Shown here in pieces: positions 27,386 to 41,298 of a DNA stretch of 64,000 nt; position 1 is the stretch's first letter; each line of letters starts with the position of its first letter. The position numbers and the translations under genes were made by a program. Source of the DNA: Eledone cirrhosa (taxonomy: Eukaryota); assembly GCA_964016885.1 (NCBI GenBank), contig OZ024743.1:80972001-81036000 (forward strand). The letters are read 5' to 3'. Below the pieces are notes generated by a model. It was not told where the DNA came from. It worked only from the letters and a program-made list of their open reading frames with translations, and searched no databases.

Positions 27386-27563
27386 GAACATGTATGATCC
27401 CGACGGCAGAGCTCAAGCCGTTTCGACGGCTATTTCTGGACAGAAATAGCCGTCGAAACGGCTTGAGCTCTGCCGTCAGGGTCATACATTTTCCTATTAC
27501 CCTAAGTATTGAGTACTCTGGTGCGTTATGGTCCATCTGCTTCCTTACCACAACCTCTTCGTT
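27385..27563 (+). mobile_element. Family B hairpin element
   Basis: Same arms, centre and tail as the 24566 copy. Confidence 0.85.
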
Positions 27564-27875
27564 ATATATATATATATATGGAAAAGAATGAAACGAAATT
27601 TCATTTCTCACTTTTAGTACGGTTGATACCTAAATATAAGTATGTATACGTACATACATATATGTGTACAGACGCACAGTAGTATGTATATATATACATA
27701 CATGCACACATATATATATATATGTACGTATGCGTTTAACGAACATTTATTATAATGTTCGGTTTGTTTGTAAACAAACAGCCCGAATTACGCCGTACAG
27801 TGCTCGGCAACCATCGTCGCCCTTTTTGTTCAACACTGACAGGAACGATGTACTAGTTTCAAGCTTATTAGCTAA

Positions 27876-28772
27876 CTAGCATTAAAGCCCGGCGTTGCTC
27901 GGGGTCATTAAGTTACCAAAGTTAGGTTGCACCACCCATTTTATGGCAGCACTCTTTTGTCTGCCAGGCACTGGGTGAATGAATTGCAGACCTGGAAGCA
28001 TAAGCTGCGCCAGCAGTGACAATTGTAGTTTCGCCTATGGATATTATCTCTGTGCAAAAAAGTGTTGAAATTTATTGTTTCACAGTACTTGCGCAACACG
28101 CGCGTAGACGATGCCAGCCGAACAACAGAGCTGCGATGGAGTTGTTCTGCATGGTTGTCTGTGTGTTTTCTAAATTTAAGACAATAGGGAGGGTTGTGAT
28201 ATGAGGGAGAGTTAGCTGTTGTTTCTAGCAGGTTTAGTGACCTCATAGACGATATGTGTTTTCAAAATTTAAGACAGTAGGGAGTGGTGTGATATGGGGG
28301 AGAGTTAGCTGTTGTTTCTAGCAGGTTTAGTGACCTTATAGAAGATATGTTTTCTAAATTTAAGACAGTAGGGAGGGGTGTGATATGGGGGAGAGTTAGC
28401 TGCTGTTTCTAACAGGTTTAGTAACCTCATAGAGGATATGTGTTTTCTAAATTTAAGACAGTAGGGAGTGGTGTGAACGGACAGTATCACCATCAAGCTT
28501 GGAAAGAGAAAGTAGCAGAAAGTATGAAGTTGTATAGATTTTGAATGGTAGTAGAAAGAGTTCAGCAGTTTAAATGAGAGAGAAAAATCGTAAAATATTG
28601 AGTTTTATCTATTTTTTGCGTAATTGTGGGTGAAATTGAAAAAATTATCTGCGTCAAGACGCAATCGAAGTTATTTCGAATACTGAATTGTAAATTTCAA
28701 TTGAAGAAATTCTATATCGTAGATTTCTATAACGAAGGAGCATGACCACACACTGAGCTTTATAGATTATGA
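27876..28772 (-). mobile_element. Non-autonomous Helitron with internal ~72-bp tandem repeat
   Basis: Minus strand 5' aTCataatctataaagctcagtgtgtg; 3' hairpin cccgagcaacgccggg then CTAG|T; about 4 units at 28165-28475. Confidence 0.65.
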
Positions 28773-29165
28773 TAATAATAAGCTTGAAATAGCCGTCGAA
28801 ACGGCTTGAACTCTGCCGTCGGGGTCATACTTTTTCCTATATATATATATAATACATTATAAAGAAAGAAGAAACATTAGATATAATTAATAAGATATAC
28901 CATACCCAAATTCCTACATTAATCCTCGACTACGTAGTTTCGTGGCATATTATGCAAAAACACTACATCATAGAGATATAGTAATTTTTGTGAGGTTTGC
29001 CGACTTGAGTAACCGTTGAAGTGTAGTGACTGCTGGAAAGCTATCATTACTCATACTTCTCGCCATATTAGACATCTCTTCTACGCTCGCTGTTTCGAAA
29101 ATATTCTTACTTGACATTACAGTCGCTAAGTTTATAGCTTCTAATTTGAATGGAAAAAGACGGGT

Positions 29166-29237
29166 GATGTGTTGGTGTAAATGGTAGCACAGTGGTCTGG
29201 ATAACCAAAGATGTGGGTTCGACTCCCATGTACGTCA
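29166..29237 (+). pseudogene. tRNA-like cloverleaf (anticodon GGA, short variable arm); pseudo-tRNA or SINE head
   Basis: Acceptor GATGTGT/GTACGTC, D arm GTGT/GCAC, anticodon arm TGGT-ctGGAta-ACCA, T arm GTGGG-ttcgact-CCCAT, downstream TTTTT. Confidence 0.6.
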
Positions 29238-29399
29238 ATACTCATCTTTTTCCATTTCTCCGAGGGTTCTTAACCCCACTATCAGGCTAAATAATTCCTT
29301 TAATTTCTTTAGTCAAAATACGGCGATAGCTTACATTTATAATAATTTCAAACCCGCTCGCTGTTTCGAAAATATTCTTACATATATATATATATATAT

Positions 29400-30180
29400 A
29401 CTTCTTCGCCCACTCATTCCTGAGAGGACCGTGGTAGCAGAGTCATAAACACTCCCTCCAGCAGGTCCTGTAAGCAGCAGCCGTCTCCAACTAACGCTCG
29501 ATGCCCTAGCGTTACCAGTCAAGCTCGTGGATGGTATTCAACCATCTTGCTCGGGGTCTATCCCTGGGTCTCCTACCTATTGGTTGTGCCCGTAAAATCT
29601 GTGTAACAATTCTTTGCTGAGACATTCTTACCACATGTCCATAGTAGTTGTGATCTCTCAATTCGGGAAGTAGTGGCTCTACCTGGAGTGACTCTCTGAA
29701 CTCCCAGCTACACACTTTATCGAGTAACGTTACTCAAAAGACCCTTCGGGAAAATCCCACTTCGGCCGCTTGTATTCACGATCGTATTCTTTCGGTCATT
29801 ATCCAAGATTTATGGGTTGGTACGAAAACCGAATTGAAGTAAGCGATTACTGAATGCTGAAGCTGGCACATTACTGCACCAGCCCCTGCAATTCTTGCAC
29901 TTAATTCAGCCTCCTGCCTTCCACCACTCGTGAACACGGCCTGAGATACATGAACTTCTATACCTGTTTCAGTGGAGCACTGCACAGGCTTCCTCGAGTG
30001 GACGAGTGTCTTAGTTTTCGCAGTACTGATTTTCATTCCAGCCATGCATTCCAGCACTCGGCTTCAAACCTATCAAGTGCAAGTCGAAGATCATTTTCTG
30101 TCTAGTTAAGTAACACGATGTCGTCTGAAAATTCCAGCCGTCTCTTGTTACACCTGCCAGTCATGATGCCACATCTAACT
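29400..30180 (-). mobile_element. Decayed RTE-clade LINE 3' half
   Basis: GMKISTAKTK...ELSARIAGAGA...GHVVRMSQQRI...GRRPRDRPRARW; ends in gaagaag. Confidence 0.75.
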
Positions 30181-30194
30181 TGGCTTTCATGTAA

Positions 30195-30390
30195 ATAATT
30201 GTTTCTACTTTTTGGCACAAGGCCAGCAATTACCCAGTGCATTACTGGTACTTTATTTTATCGACCCCGTAAGGATTAAAGGCAAAGTTAACCTCAGCGG
30301 GATTCGAACTCAGAATAGCAAGGGCCGTAACTCTGTGCGTCAAAGCATAGCGTCCAACCCTCTGCCGATACTGCCAATCCACCGCACATC
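30195..30390 (-). mobile_element. tRNA-derived SINE with target-site duplication
   Basis: Same family as 24960; ttcatgtaaataat on both sides. Confidence 0.85.
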
Positions 30391-30572
30391 TGTTCATGTA
30401 AATAATGAACAGGAGAGGTGACAGTACGCAACATTAGCTAAGTCTGACTCCCATTGAATGGTTTCGATTTAGCACTATTTATCCGAATACAAATACTTGG
30501 GCATACGTATAGAGACACCAGGGTAGCAGTGTGGTTTTCGCCGGACACAGCACGGCCATCCAAATATTCACA

Positions 30573-30935
30573 AAGGTACAAGACCCCGACGGCTGAGCTC
30601 CGACAGTTTCGTCAGCTACCTCCGAACTAAAGCGCCAGTATTCGAACGGCGGGAATCTAGCTGAACTTATCAAGGGCTACAGTCCATATATGGGCAGACA
30701 GTCAAAATAAAAAAAAAAGTTTTCGTTCTGCCCATATATGGACTGTAGCCCTTGATAAGTTCAGTTAGATTCCCACCGTTCGAATACTGGAGCTTTAGTT
30801 CGGATGTTGCTGTCGAAACTGTCGGAGCTCAGCCGTCGGGGTCTTGTACCTTTTCATATTATCCACTCTACTACCTCAGGCATCGTCTACACTGGTGGGT
30901 TATGGTCCACATGGTTTTGTACCACACCCTATCAG
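30573..30935. mobile_element. Long family B relative: ~125-bp inverted arms, each with a complete U3-A8 hammerhead layout
   Basis: gccc-TTGATAA-GTtCAGCTA...TAGCTGAC-GAAA-ctgtcggagctcagccg-TC-gggg on minus (30582-30677) and mirrored on plus (30748-30843); family B-like tail. Confidence 0.75.
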
Positions 30936-31035
<100 letters not shown>

Positions 31036-31639
31036 TTATGTAGATATGTATTTATGTAGGTATGTATTTATGTATGTATGCATTTATGTATGTATGTATT
31101 TATGTATGTATGTATTTATGTATGTATGTATTTATGTAGGTATGTATTTATGTATGTATGTATTTATGTAGGTATGTATTTATGTAGGTATGTATTTATG
31201 TAGGTATATTACACAAGAGAACACCATACGAGAAGAAACGAACGATGTATATTAATTGAAAGCGAGAAATCTCACAATAACCTAGAGAGGAATTTTAAAA
31301 TTTAAAATCTACATAATGAATGTGAAACATTTGAAATGTTGACAAATCAGGAAACTATAGGACAGCTGCTTAATAGTACAGCAGTCCTGAGTTGGAGTGA
31401 GGGAGGATGGGGTGAAGGTAGGGGAAGTGGGGAAAGAGAGGGGGGACTGTGGAAAGAGGGAGAGGACGCGGTGGGGTAGGGGGACAGGAGAATGGGGGTG
31501 GGGTCTAGAAAAGCTTCATGGAATAAAGTTATATGTAAAAATCAGTGGTAGAAGGTCTTATTAAAACGACATGCTTCGGTGGAGAAATTTGTCGATTTAT
31601 ACGCATAAATAAACAAACACACACAAACACTGACACACA

Positions 31640-34600
31640 TACACATATATATAGACATACACATATTTATATAGACATACATATATATATAGACATACAC
31701 ATGTATATAGACATACACATATATATAGACATACACATATATATAGACATACAGATATATGGACATACACAGATATATAGACATACACATATATATAGTC
31801 ATACACATATATATAGACATACATATATATATAGACATACATAAATATATATAGACATACATATATATATAGACATACATATATATAGACATACATATAT
31901 ATAGACATACACATATATATAGACATACACATATATATAGACATACACATATATATAGAACATACATATATATATATAGACATACACATATATATAGACA
32001 TACATATATATATATAGACATACATATATATATAGACATACACATATATATAGATGTACACATATATATAGACATACATATATATATAGACATACATATA
32101 TATATATATATATAGACATACACATATATATAGACATACAAATATATAGTGATACACATATATATATACATACACATATATATAGACATACACATATATA
32201 TAAACATACACATATATATAGACATACACATATATATAGACATACATGTATATATAGACATACATATATATATAGACATATATATATATATAGACATACA
32301 CACATATATATTTTTATAGACATACACATATATATAGACATACATATATATATAGACATACACATATATATAGATATACATATATACATGGACATACACA
32401 TATATAGACATACATATATATATAAATAGACATACACATATATATATATAGACATACACATATATATAGACATACATATATATATATAGACATACATATA
32501 TATATAGACATACACATATATATAGACATACACATATATATAGACATACACATATATATATAGACATACACACATATATATAGACATACCTATATATATA
32601 GACATACATATATATAGACATACAAATATATATAGACATACACATATATATAGACATACACACCTATATATAGACATACATATATATATATATATAGACA
32701 TAGACATATATATAGACATACACATATATATAGACATACACATATATATAGACATACACATATATATAGACATAGACATATATATAGACATACACATATA
32801 TAGAGACATACATATATATATATAGACATACACATATATATTGACATACACATATATATAGACATACACATATATATAGACATACATATATATATATAGA
32901 GACATACACATATCTATAGACATACACATATATAGTCATATACATATATATAGACATACATATACACATGGACATACACATATATATAGACATACATATA
33001 TATATATAGACATACATATATATATAGACATACATATATAGACATACACATATATATAGACATACATATATATAGACATACACATATATATAGACATACA
33101 CATATATACAGACATGCACATACATATAGACATACATATATATATATATATACATACACATATATAGACATACCTATACATATAGACATACACATATATA
33201 TAGACATACTTATATATATATATAGACATACACATATATATATAGACATACACATATATATAGAGAGATACACATATATATAGACATACATATATATATA
33301 GGCATACACATATATATATATAGACATATACACATATATATAGACATACATATATATATAGACATACATATATATATATAGACATACATATATATATATA
33401 TAGACATACACATATATATATAGACATACATATATATATATAAAGACATACACATATATATATAGACATACCCATATATATATAGACATACGCATATATA
33501 TATATAGACATACACATATATAGAGACATACCCATATATATATAGACATACACATATATATAGACATACATATATATAGACATACACATATATATATATA
33601 GACATACACACATATATATAGACATACATATATATATATAGATATACACATATATATAGACATACATACATAGACATACACATATATATAGACATACACA
33701 TATATATAGACATACATACATAGACATACACATATATATAGACATACACATATATATAGACATACACATATATATATATAGATATACATATATATATAGA
33801 CATACATATATATATAGACATACACATATATATAGACATACATATATATAGACATACACATATATATATATAGACATACACACATATATATAGACATACA
33901 TATATATATATAGATATACACATATATATAGACATACATACGTAGACATACACATATATATAGACATACACATATATATAGACATACACATATATATATA
34001 TAGATATACATATATATATAGACATACATATATATATAGACATACACATATATATAGATATACATATATATATAGACATACACATATATATATATAGACA
34101 TACACACATATATATATATAGACATACACATATATATAGACATACACATATATAAAGACATACACATATATAGTCATACATATACATATAGACATACACA
34201 TGTATAGTCATACATATATATATAGACATACACATGTATAGAGACATAGACATACATATAGACATACATATATATATATATAGACATACATATATATATA
34301 GACATACATATATATATATATATAGACATACACATATATATAGAAATACACATACATAGTCATACACATATATATAGGCATACATATATACATGGACATA
34401 CACATATATATAGACATACATATATATATATAGACATACATATACATATAGACATACACATATATATAGACATACATATATATATATATAGACATACACA
34501 TATATATAGACATACACATATATATAGACATACACATATATATATAGACATACACACATATATATAGACATACATATATATATAGACATACACATATATA

Positions 34601-35015
34601 TAGACATACATATATATATAGACATACACATATATATAGACATACACATATATATAGACATACACATATATATAGACATATATATTTATATATAGACATA
34701 CACACATATATATAGACATACATATATATATATAGACATACACACATATATATAGACATACATATATATATATATATAGACATACATACATATATATAGA
34801 CATACACATATATAGAGATACACATATATATAGACATACACATATATATAGATATACATATATATATAGACATACACATATATATAGATATACATATATA
34901 TATATAGACATACATATATATATAGACATACATATATATATAGACATACACATATATATATAGACATACATATATATATAGACATACATATATATAGACA
35001 TACACATATATATAG

Positions 35016-35052
<37 letters not shown>

Positions 35053-35215
35053 TACACATATATATTGACATACACATATATATAGACATACACATATATA
35101 TATATAGATATACACATATATATAGACATACACATATATATAGACATACATATATATATATATATATAGATATATATATATATAGACATACACATATATA
35201 TATATAGATATACAG
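31640..35215. repeat. 3.6-kb minisatellite, agacatac(ac)atatatat units
   Basis: Visible; explains the [11 protein letters not shown] ORFs. Confidence 0.95.
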
Positions 35216-35319
35216 ATACAGATGGACAGACTGATATATATAAAGTCAGACAAAAGACAGACAGATAGACTGAGGGATAGATAGAGAAACAGATAAACAT
35301 ATAGATAGACAGGTACACA

Positions 35320-36050
35320 CAGACAGACAGACAGACCCTGTCAAACAGTCAGACATGCAAACAGTCAGACAGACAGACAGACATACCCTGTCAAACAGTC
35401 AGACATGCAGACAGCAGACAGACAGACAGACATACCCTGTCAAACAGTCAGACATGCAGACAGCAGACAGACAGACAGACATACCCTGTCAAACAGTCAG
35501 ACATGCAGACAGGCAGGCGGACAAACAGTCAAGCAGACAGACCCTGTCAAACAGTCAGACATGCAGACAGTCAGACAGACAGAGAGACAGACATACCCTG
35601 TCAAACAGTCAGACATGCAGACATCAGACAGACAGAAAAACCCTGTCAAACAGTCAGACATGCAGACATGCAGACAGTCAGACAGACAGACAGACAGACA
35701 GACATACCCTGTCGAACAGTCAGACATGCAGACAGTCAGACAGACAAACAGTCAGACAGACATACCCTGTCAAACAGTCAGAGACTCAGACAGACAAATA
35801 GTCAAACAGACAGACCCAGTCAAACAGTCAGAAAGTCAGACATGCAGACAGACTGACACTGTCAAACATTCAGATAGACAGACAGACAGTCAGACAGACA
35901 TACCCTGTCAAACAGTCAGACAGTCAAGCAGTCAGACAGACAGACCGACATCAGACAGAGAGACCCTGTCAAACAGTCAGACAGACCCTGTCAAACAATC
36001 AGATAGACAGTCAGACAGATAGACCCTGTTAAACAGTCAAACAGCAGTCA
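35320..36050. repeat. (CAGA)n-derived compound minisatellite with ataccctgtcaaacagtcagacatg core
   Basis: Visible. Confidence 0.9.
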
Positions 36051-36777
36051 TCAGTTAGACAGATGCATCATTTTCCTGTGTGTGTGTATGTGTGTGTGTG
36101 TGTCTGTATGTGTGTGAGTGTGTGTGTATACACCTGTATGTACACCTGTATATACCAGTGTACCTGTTTGTGTGTATCTGTGCTCTGAGGTTTCTCGGTG
36201 TATATACACACATTCATATATATATATATATCCATATATACATACATACACACATTCACATATACATATATACACACGTAATACACACATATTCACATAT
36301 ATATATATACATACAAACATACCTAAATACATACACACGTATGTATGTGTGTGTGCCTTCTTGCCCATGTATTTATATCACAGTGTTTGTATGTGGCGGC
36401 CATTGTTGTTGTAGTTCCTTTAGGTATTTCTGTTTACCTTTTCCAACCTCTACCTTGCTTCTCCCCCCTCTTTCCCTCCACTTCCCTCTCTCTCTTTCTC
36501 CCCCCTCTCTCTTGCTCCCCCTCTCTTTCTCTCTCACCCCCTCTCTCTCCCCTGCTGAGGAAACACTCCGTTCAAATTACACGCCACTATGGACAAAACA
36601 GCTTTGAAAGGTTATTCATAATTTCTTGTACTGTATATGTATATATGTATATATATATGTGTGTGTATATATATACATATGTGTGTGTATATATATACAT
36701 ATGTGTGTGTGTATATATATATGTGTGTGTCTGTGTATATATATATATATAAACACCCATATATATATGTGTGTGTG

Positions 36778-36852
<75 letters not shown>

Positions 36853-37126
36853 GTATATATTTGTATAATGTTATATATGTATATGTGTGTGTCTGTGTGC
36901 GCGAGCTACTCCAAACATCTGTGAATATTTAAGTCTACACACTCTAATTGTACACACATACACACATACATACACACATGCATACATACATATATACATA
37001 CATACACACATACTTATACACACATATGTATACATATATACATACTTACTTACAAACATAACTACATACATACATACATTCATACATACATACATATGTG
37101 TGTATATATGTATGTATGTATTTATG

Positions 37127-40100
37127 TTCTTCTGGTTTTACAATTTCACAAAGTTTTCCCGATAGAGAGAGAGTCGGTTTCTAACATAGACACAAGACTT
37201 TCTCATTGGAATTTACACAACATCAACTAGGTAGATATGTTTGCATGTCTGCATAAATGTGTAGATATGAATGTTATTGTATGTGTAGATGTGTATGTTT
37301 TGAGTTGTATGTGTGAATGTGTATATGCAGTTATTAGATGCAAATTTTTTGGAATGTTTTACATATTTTTACTGTTCCATTAATGGATTGTATTTGTAAT
37401 TTCCTAACTAGTTGTGTTCTTTCTGTTCCTGTGAAGCCTAGCTTCTCAAGATTTGTATTGAGGCAGTTACTAACATGTCCCAGTGTCCCAATAATCACAG
37501 GCATAAATCTGAAGGTGTAATCAGGGTGGAGTATCTGCAGATTTCCCATCAGTTCTGCATAAATATTCTCCTTTTCACTAATCTTTGATATTATATTGGC
37601 ATCTGCTGGGCAGCTAATTTCCACTACTGTGCATGCTTTCTTCTCCCTGTCCCATATCATTATATCTGGTCTTTAATGCCTGCATTTTATTGGGGTTTTT
37701 ACTGGAACATTCCACCAGTAATCTTTCATATTATGTACATGGATGTCTTCTTCATTGCTGTATATTTTAATGTGTTTATTATCGGGGCTATCTTTTTTAC
37801 GAACTGCATTGTACAGTGTTTTGGCCACTACATCATGCCTCATAGGTAGATAGTACCGCGATGACATCTTTGGACAACTGCTGATGACATGGGTGATATC
37901 CTCGATGTTAGTTCTGCAGAGTCTGCACTTGTTATCACATCTAGGTGTTTTGCCTGCATCCCTATCTCTTTTGTGAATCAGGTATTTCGTATTAATCTCC
38001 TGTTCCTGGATTGCAAAAGCGTATCCTTCAAAGTGGGAGCCAATATAGCGGTTGTTGGTCCAAGATAGGCTACTTTCCTCATCTATATTACTCTCACTCT
38101 GGAGCTTCCTGGCAACATATCCATGCATGATTATTTGCTGATAGGCATGCAGTTTTTCATCCATGGATTCACTGCGATACTGCTGAGCGACTTCCCTGGG
38201 TGTAAGTTTTTGATTATCACACAGGGACTATCTCTCGAGGAGTTCCTTCCGAACTCTCGTGATCTTATCAATGTTGCTAGATTGGGTTGTTGTTTTTCCC
38301 CGCTTTACAGACACGTATGAGTATTTATCTTGGCAAAACTCCATTCCTATATCATGTGAGAACGTTGTAACCAGGTCAAGATTTTTCTTCATCCCATCCA
38401 TGTTCTTGGCATAGAGTTTCAGATCGTCCACAAAGAAATTATGGGTTAGGTTCGTATTTCTGTCCTCCTGTGAGCCAATGATGTATCCCTCACATTTCTT
38501 GAGCAGAAAGGACAAGGGGTTTAATGACAAGATGAATAATATCACAGAGAGACTGTCCCCTTGAAATATACGCCTGCAATATTTTATTTTATCAGTGAAA
38601 ATAGAGTCCTCCCTCTGTCTTTAACCTTAGGATAGTAGCCCAGATGAAGACAGCCTCTCTATGGCTCTGACAATAATGTCTGGGACTTTAGCAAGTTGGA
38701 GGCCCAAGAGTGGGGAAGAGAATCGAAAGCTTTCCTGTAGTCCAGCCAGACTGTAGCCATATTCCTCCTAAGTTGTCGCACCTCCGACATCGCAGTTTTG
38801 TTGATTAGGAGATGTTCAGCACATCCCCAAACCCCTTTCTTTCCAGCTGCTTGTTCATCTGTGATGATGTTATTATTTTCACAGTGATCTTGGAGGAATA
38901 GATTCAGGCAGGCTGTATACATCTTATAAATCAGGTTCTGGCATGCAATGGGTCGGTAGTTTTTTGCCAAGTGCGTGTCTTTGTTCTTGGGGACCAGTAA
39001 TGTTTGTGCTAATGTCAACACTTCTGGTATAAGAACTTGTTGGTAGAGGTCAACAAGATACCTCCGATAGAATATCAGTTCTTTGTACCAGTAGCCGATA
39101 ATCATGTCTCTTCCTCGTCTTTTCTTATCTTGGAGTTTTCCTATCACAGTCTCAAGGGTACCCTCACATATTTCGTGTGTTTTTGTTGTAGTGTAGGAGC
39201 AATAGTTCTTTCGGATTTCTCTTAGCCACACTGCATCCTGGTCGAAATTCTTCTTTTCACCCCATATTTTGCTCCCAAAGTAATCTATGTCTTTCTGAGA
39301 TGGGGCCTCAGTGACACTTATTATTTTGCCCTTCATATCTCTATAAACTGATATTTGGTTTCGTCTGAATCTTTTATTAGGCACTTTTCTCTCATCTACT
39401 TTCTTCAGGTATCGGCGTTTTTCGCTAACAGCTCTCAATTCTTGTTTGAGGGTGATCAGCTTATATTGGAGAGTTCTGGTTCTACTGTTACCAAACATCG
39501 TCTCTATTTTATTTTTCACTCTTTGTTGGTGAGGAGTGAGGTTTTTTTGTGTTTGTTTGCATGTAAGGAGCATTGTCACATATCCTAAGTTTTTTCGTAG
39601 GTCAGCAATCTTTTTTTCTATTTTAGTTATATATGATGGTATTTTTGGTGGTGTTCTGTTCTCGTTAATATCTCTGCTATCACCAAGATAATGCTTCACT
39701 GTCGTTGCTAGGGCATATAAACAGGCGTTGATTTGCCAAAATGTTGGGGTTTTATCCGTCGTAAATATTCATCCCCTATTTCGTCAATAACACATTATTT
39801 TTTTTTTTTTTTTTATTAAAGATTGTCGTTTTAATACGTTCAGCAAGAGTGATATTTATACATGAGTTAATTTCACTCTGGAAGATTTCGTTGTGGGAAA
39901 TTTTCAATTGTTTATACTTTTGATTATTATCATTATCGATAGTATTTTCCACAACAGTCGAGGAAGACTCGGATGGTACACGTGGTGTCAAGTTTCTTCG
40001 ATTATTATTATTATTTCTTCGATTATTATTATTATCGATAGTGTTTTCCCCAGCATTCGGGGTAGACTTAGATGGTACAGGTGGTGTTAAGTTTCTTACA

Positions 40101-40733
40101 GGCATAGTTGTTTCAAGACGCTGTTCGACCTGACTGCTAGGAAGTCTAGTAGCATGGCGACCTGTAGCACGTGTTGTTGATAACATGTTTGTTGTGGGGG
40201 ACTTACAATTAATAATATTTATCTTATTTTTACGTTCAACAAACGTCGCTTGTTGGCGTAATTGTTTTGCTGTGAAATAATTTAGCTCTGGGTGCATTTC
40301 GTCCCAGTGTAGCTTCATTCTATTCATATAACCAATGGAGGGATTGTTTTTTGCCATTTTATAACAATTAAATAAATCATTATTAAGTTCGCAACTCCAA
40401 GAGAAATACGATTTATAATTTCGGTTTCTTCTGTAGCTACAACTGAATAAAGTTTGATAACCTTCCTTGTTATTTGTATTCGATACTTCCTTAATTTTTT
40501 TGTTGATGTTATGTTCAGCCATGCTGTTTGTAGCAAATCCTTGTAAAATGAATTATGTATTTAGTCGGATATCTCTACGAATTCGAATAAAAGGTGTCTT
40601 CAGAAGGGATAGTTAGAAGAATAACCAGTTATTCAACCTGGCTGTAGTTGTGGCATTACTGTCGGAGATAGTATTCATCTTAAATTTAATAAATAGTCTC
40701 CCACGCCAAAATATGCGACTGATCGCGTTGATT
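37127..40733 (-). mobile_element. R4/Dong-clade retrotransposon, copy 2 (both ends present, ~470-bp internal deletion at ~38270)
   Basis: High similarity to copy 1; ORF pieces 40522 to 37334 with the same RT, CCHC and RLE motifs. Confidence 0.92.
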
Positions 40734-40849
40734 GTCTATGTATGTATTTTGTTTGTATGTATTGTATGTATGTATATATGTATGTATGTGTGCATGTATG
40801 TATGTATGTATGTATGTATGTATGTATGTATGTATGTATGTATGTATGT

Positions 40850-40881
<32 letters not shown>

Positions 40882-41298
40882 TCTTCTTGTTTTAAAAATT
40901 TGTGAAATTATAAAACCAGAAGAACATACACATACACACACATACATACATACATGCATACACACATACATACATACATACATACATACACACACACATA
41001 CATACATACATACACTCATGCATACATACAAGCATACATTCATACATACACGCATACATACACACATACATACATACATACACACACACATACATACATA
41101 CATACATACATACACACATACACACATACATACATACACACATACATACATACATACATACATACATACATACATACATACACACACACAGACATACATA
41201 CATACACGCATACACACATACATACATTCATACATACACGCATACATACACACATACATACATACATACACACACACATACATACATACATAGATACA

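Noticed and set aside
28165-28475. ~72-bp periodic array as CRISPR or tRNA array
   Set aside because: Whole unit is repeated with no spacers; it lies inside a Helitron-like element
29166-29237. Functional tRNA-Ser(GGA) gene
   Set aside because: Four G-U pairs in the acceptor stem, no long variable arm, atypical anticodon; kept only as pseudo-tRNA
31542-35318. ORFs of 200-490 aa rich in Y/I/M/C/V
   Set aside because: Translations of the agacatac(at)n minisatellite in several frames; no domain content
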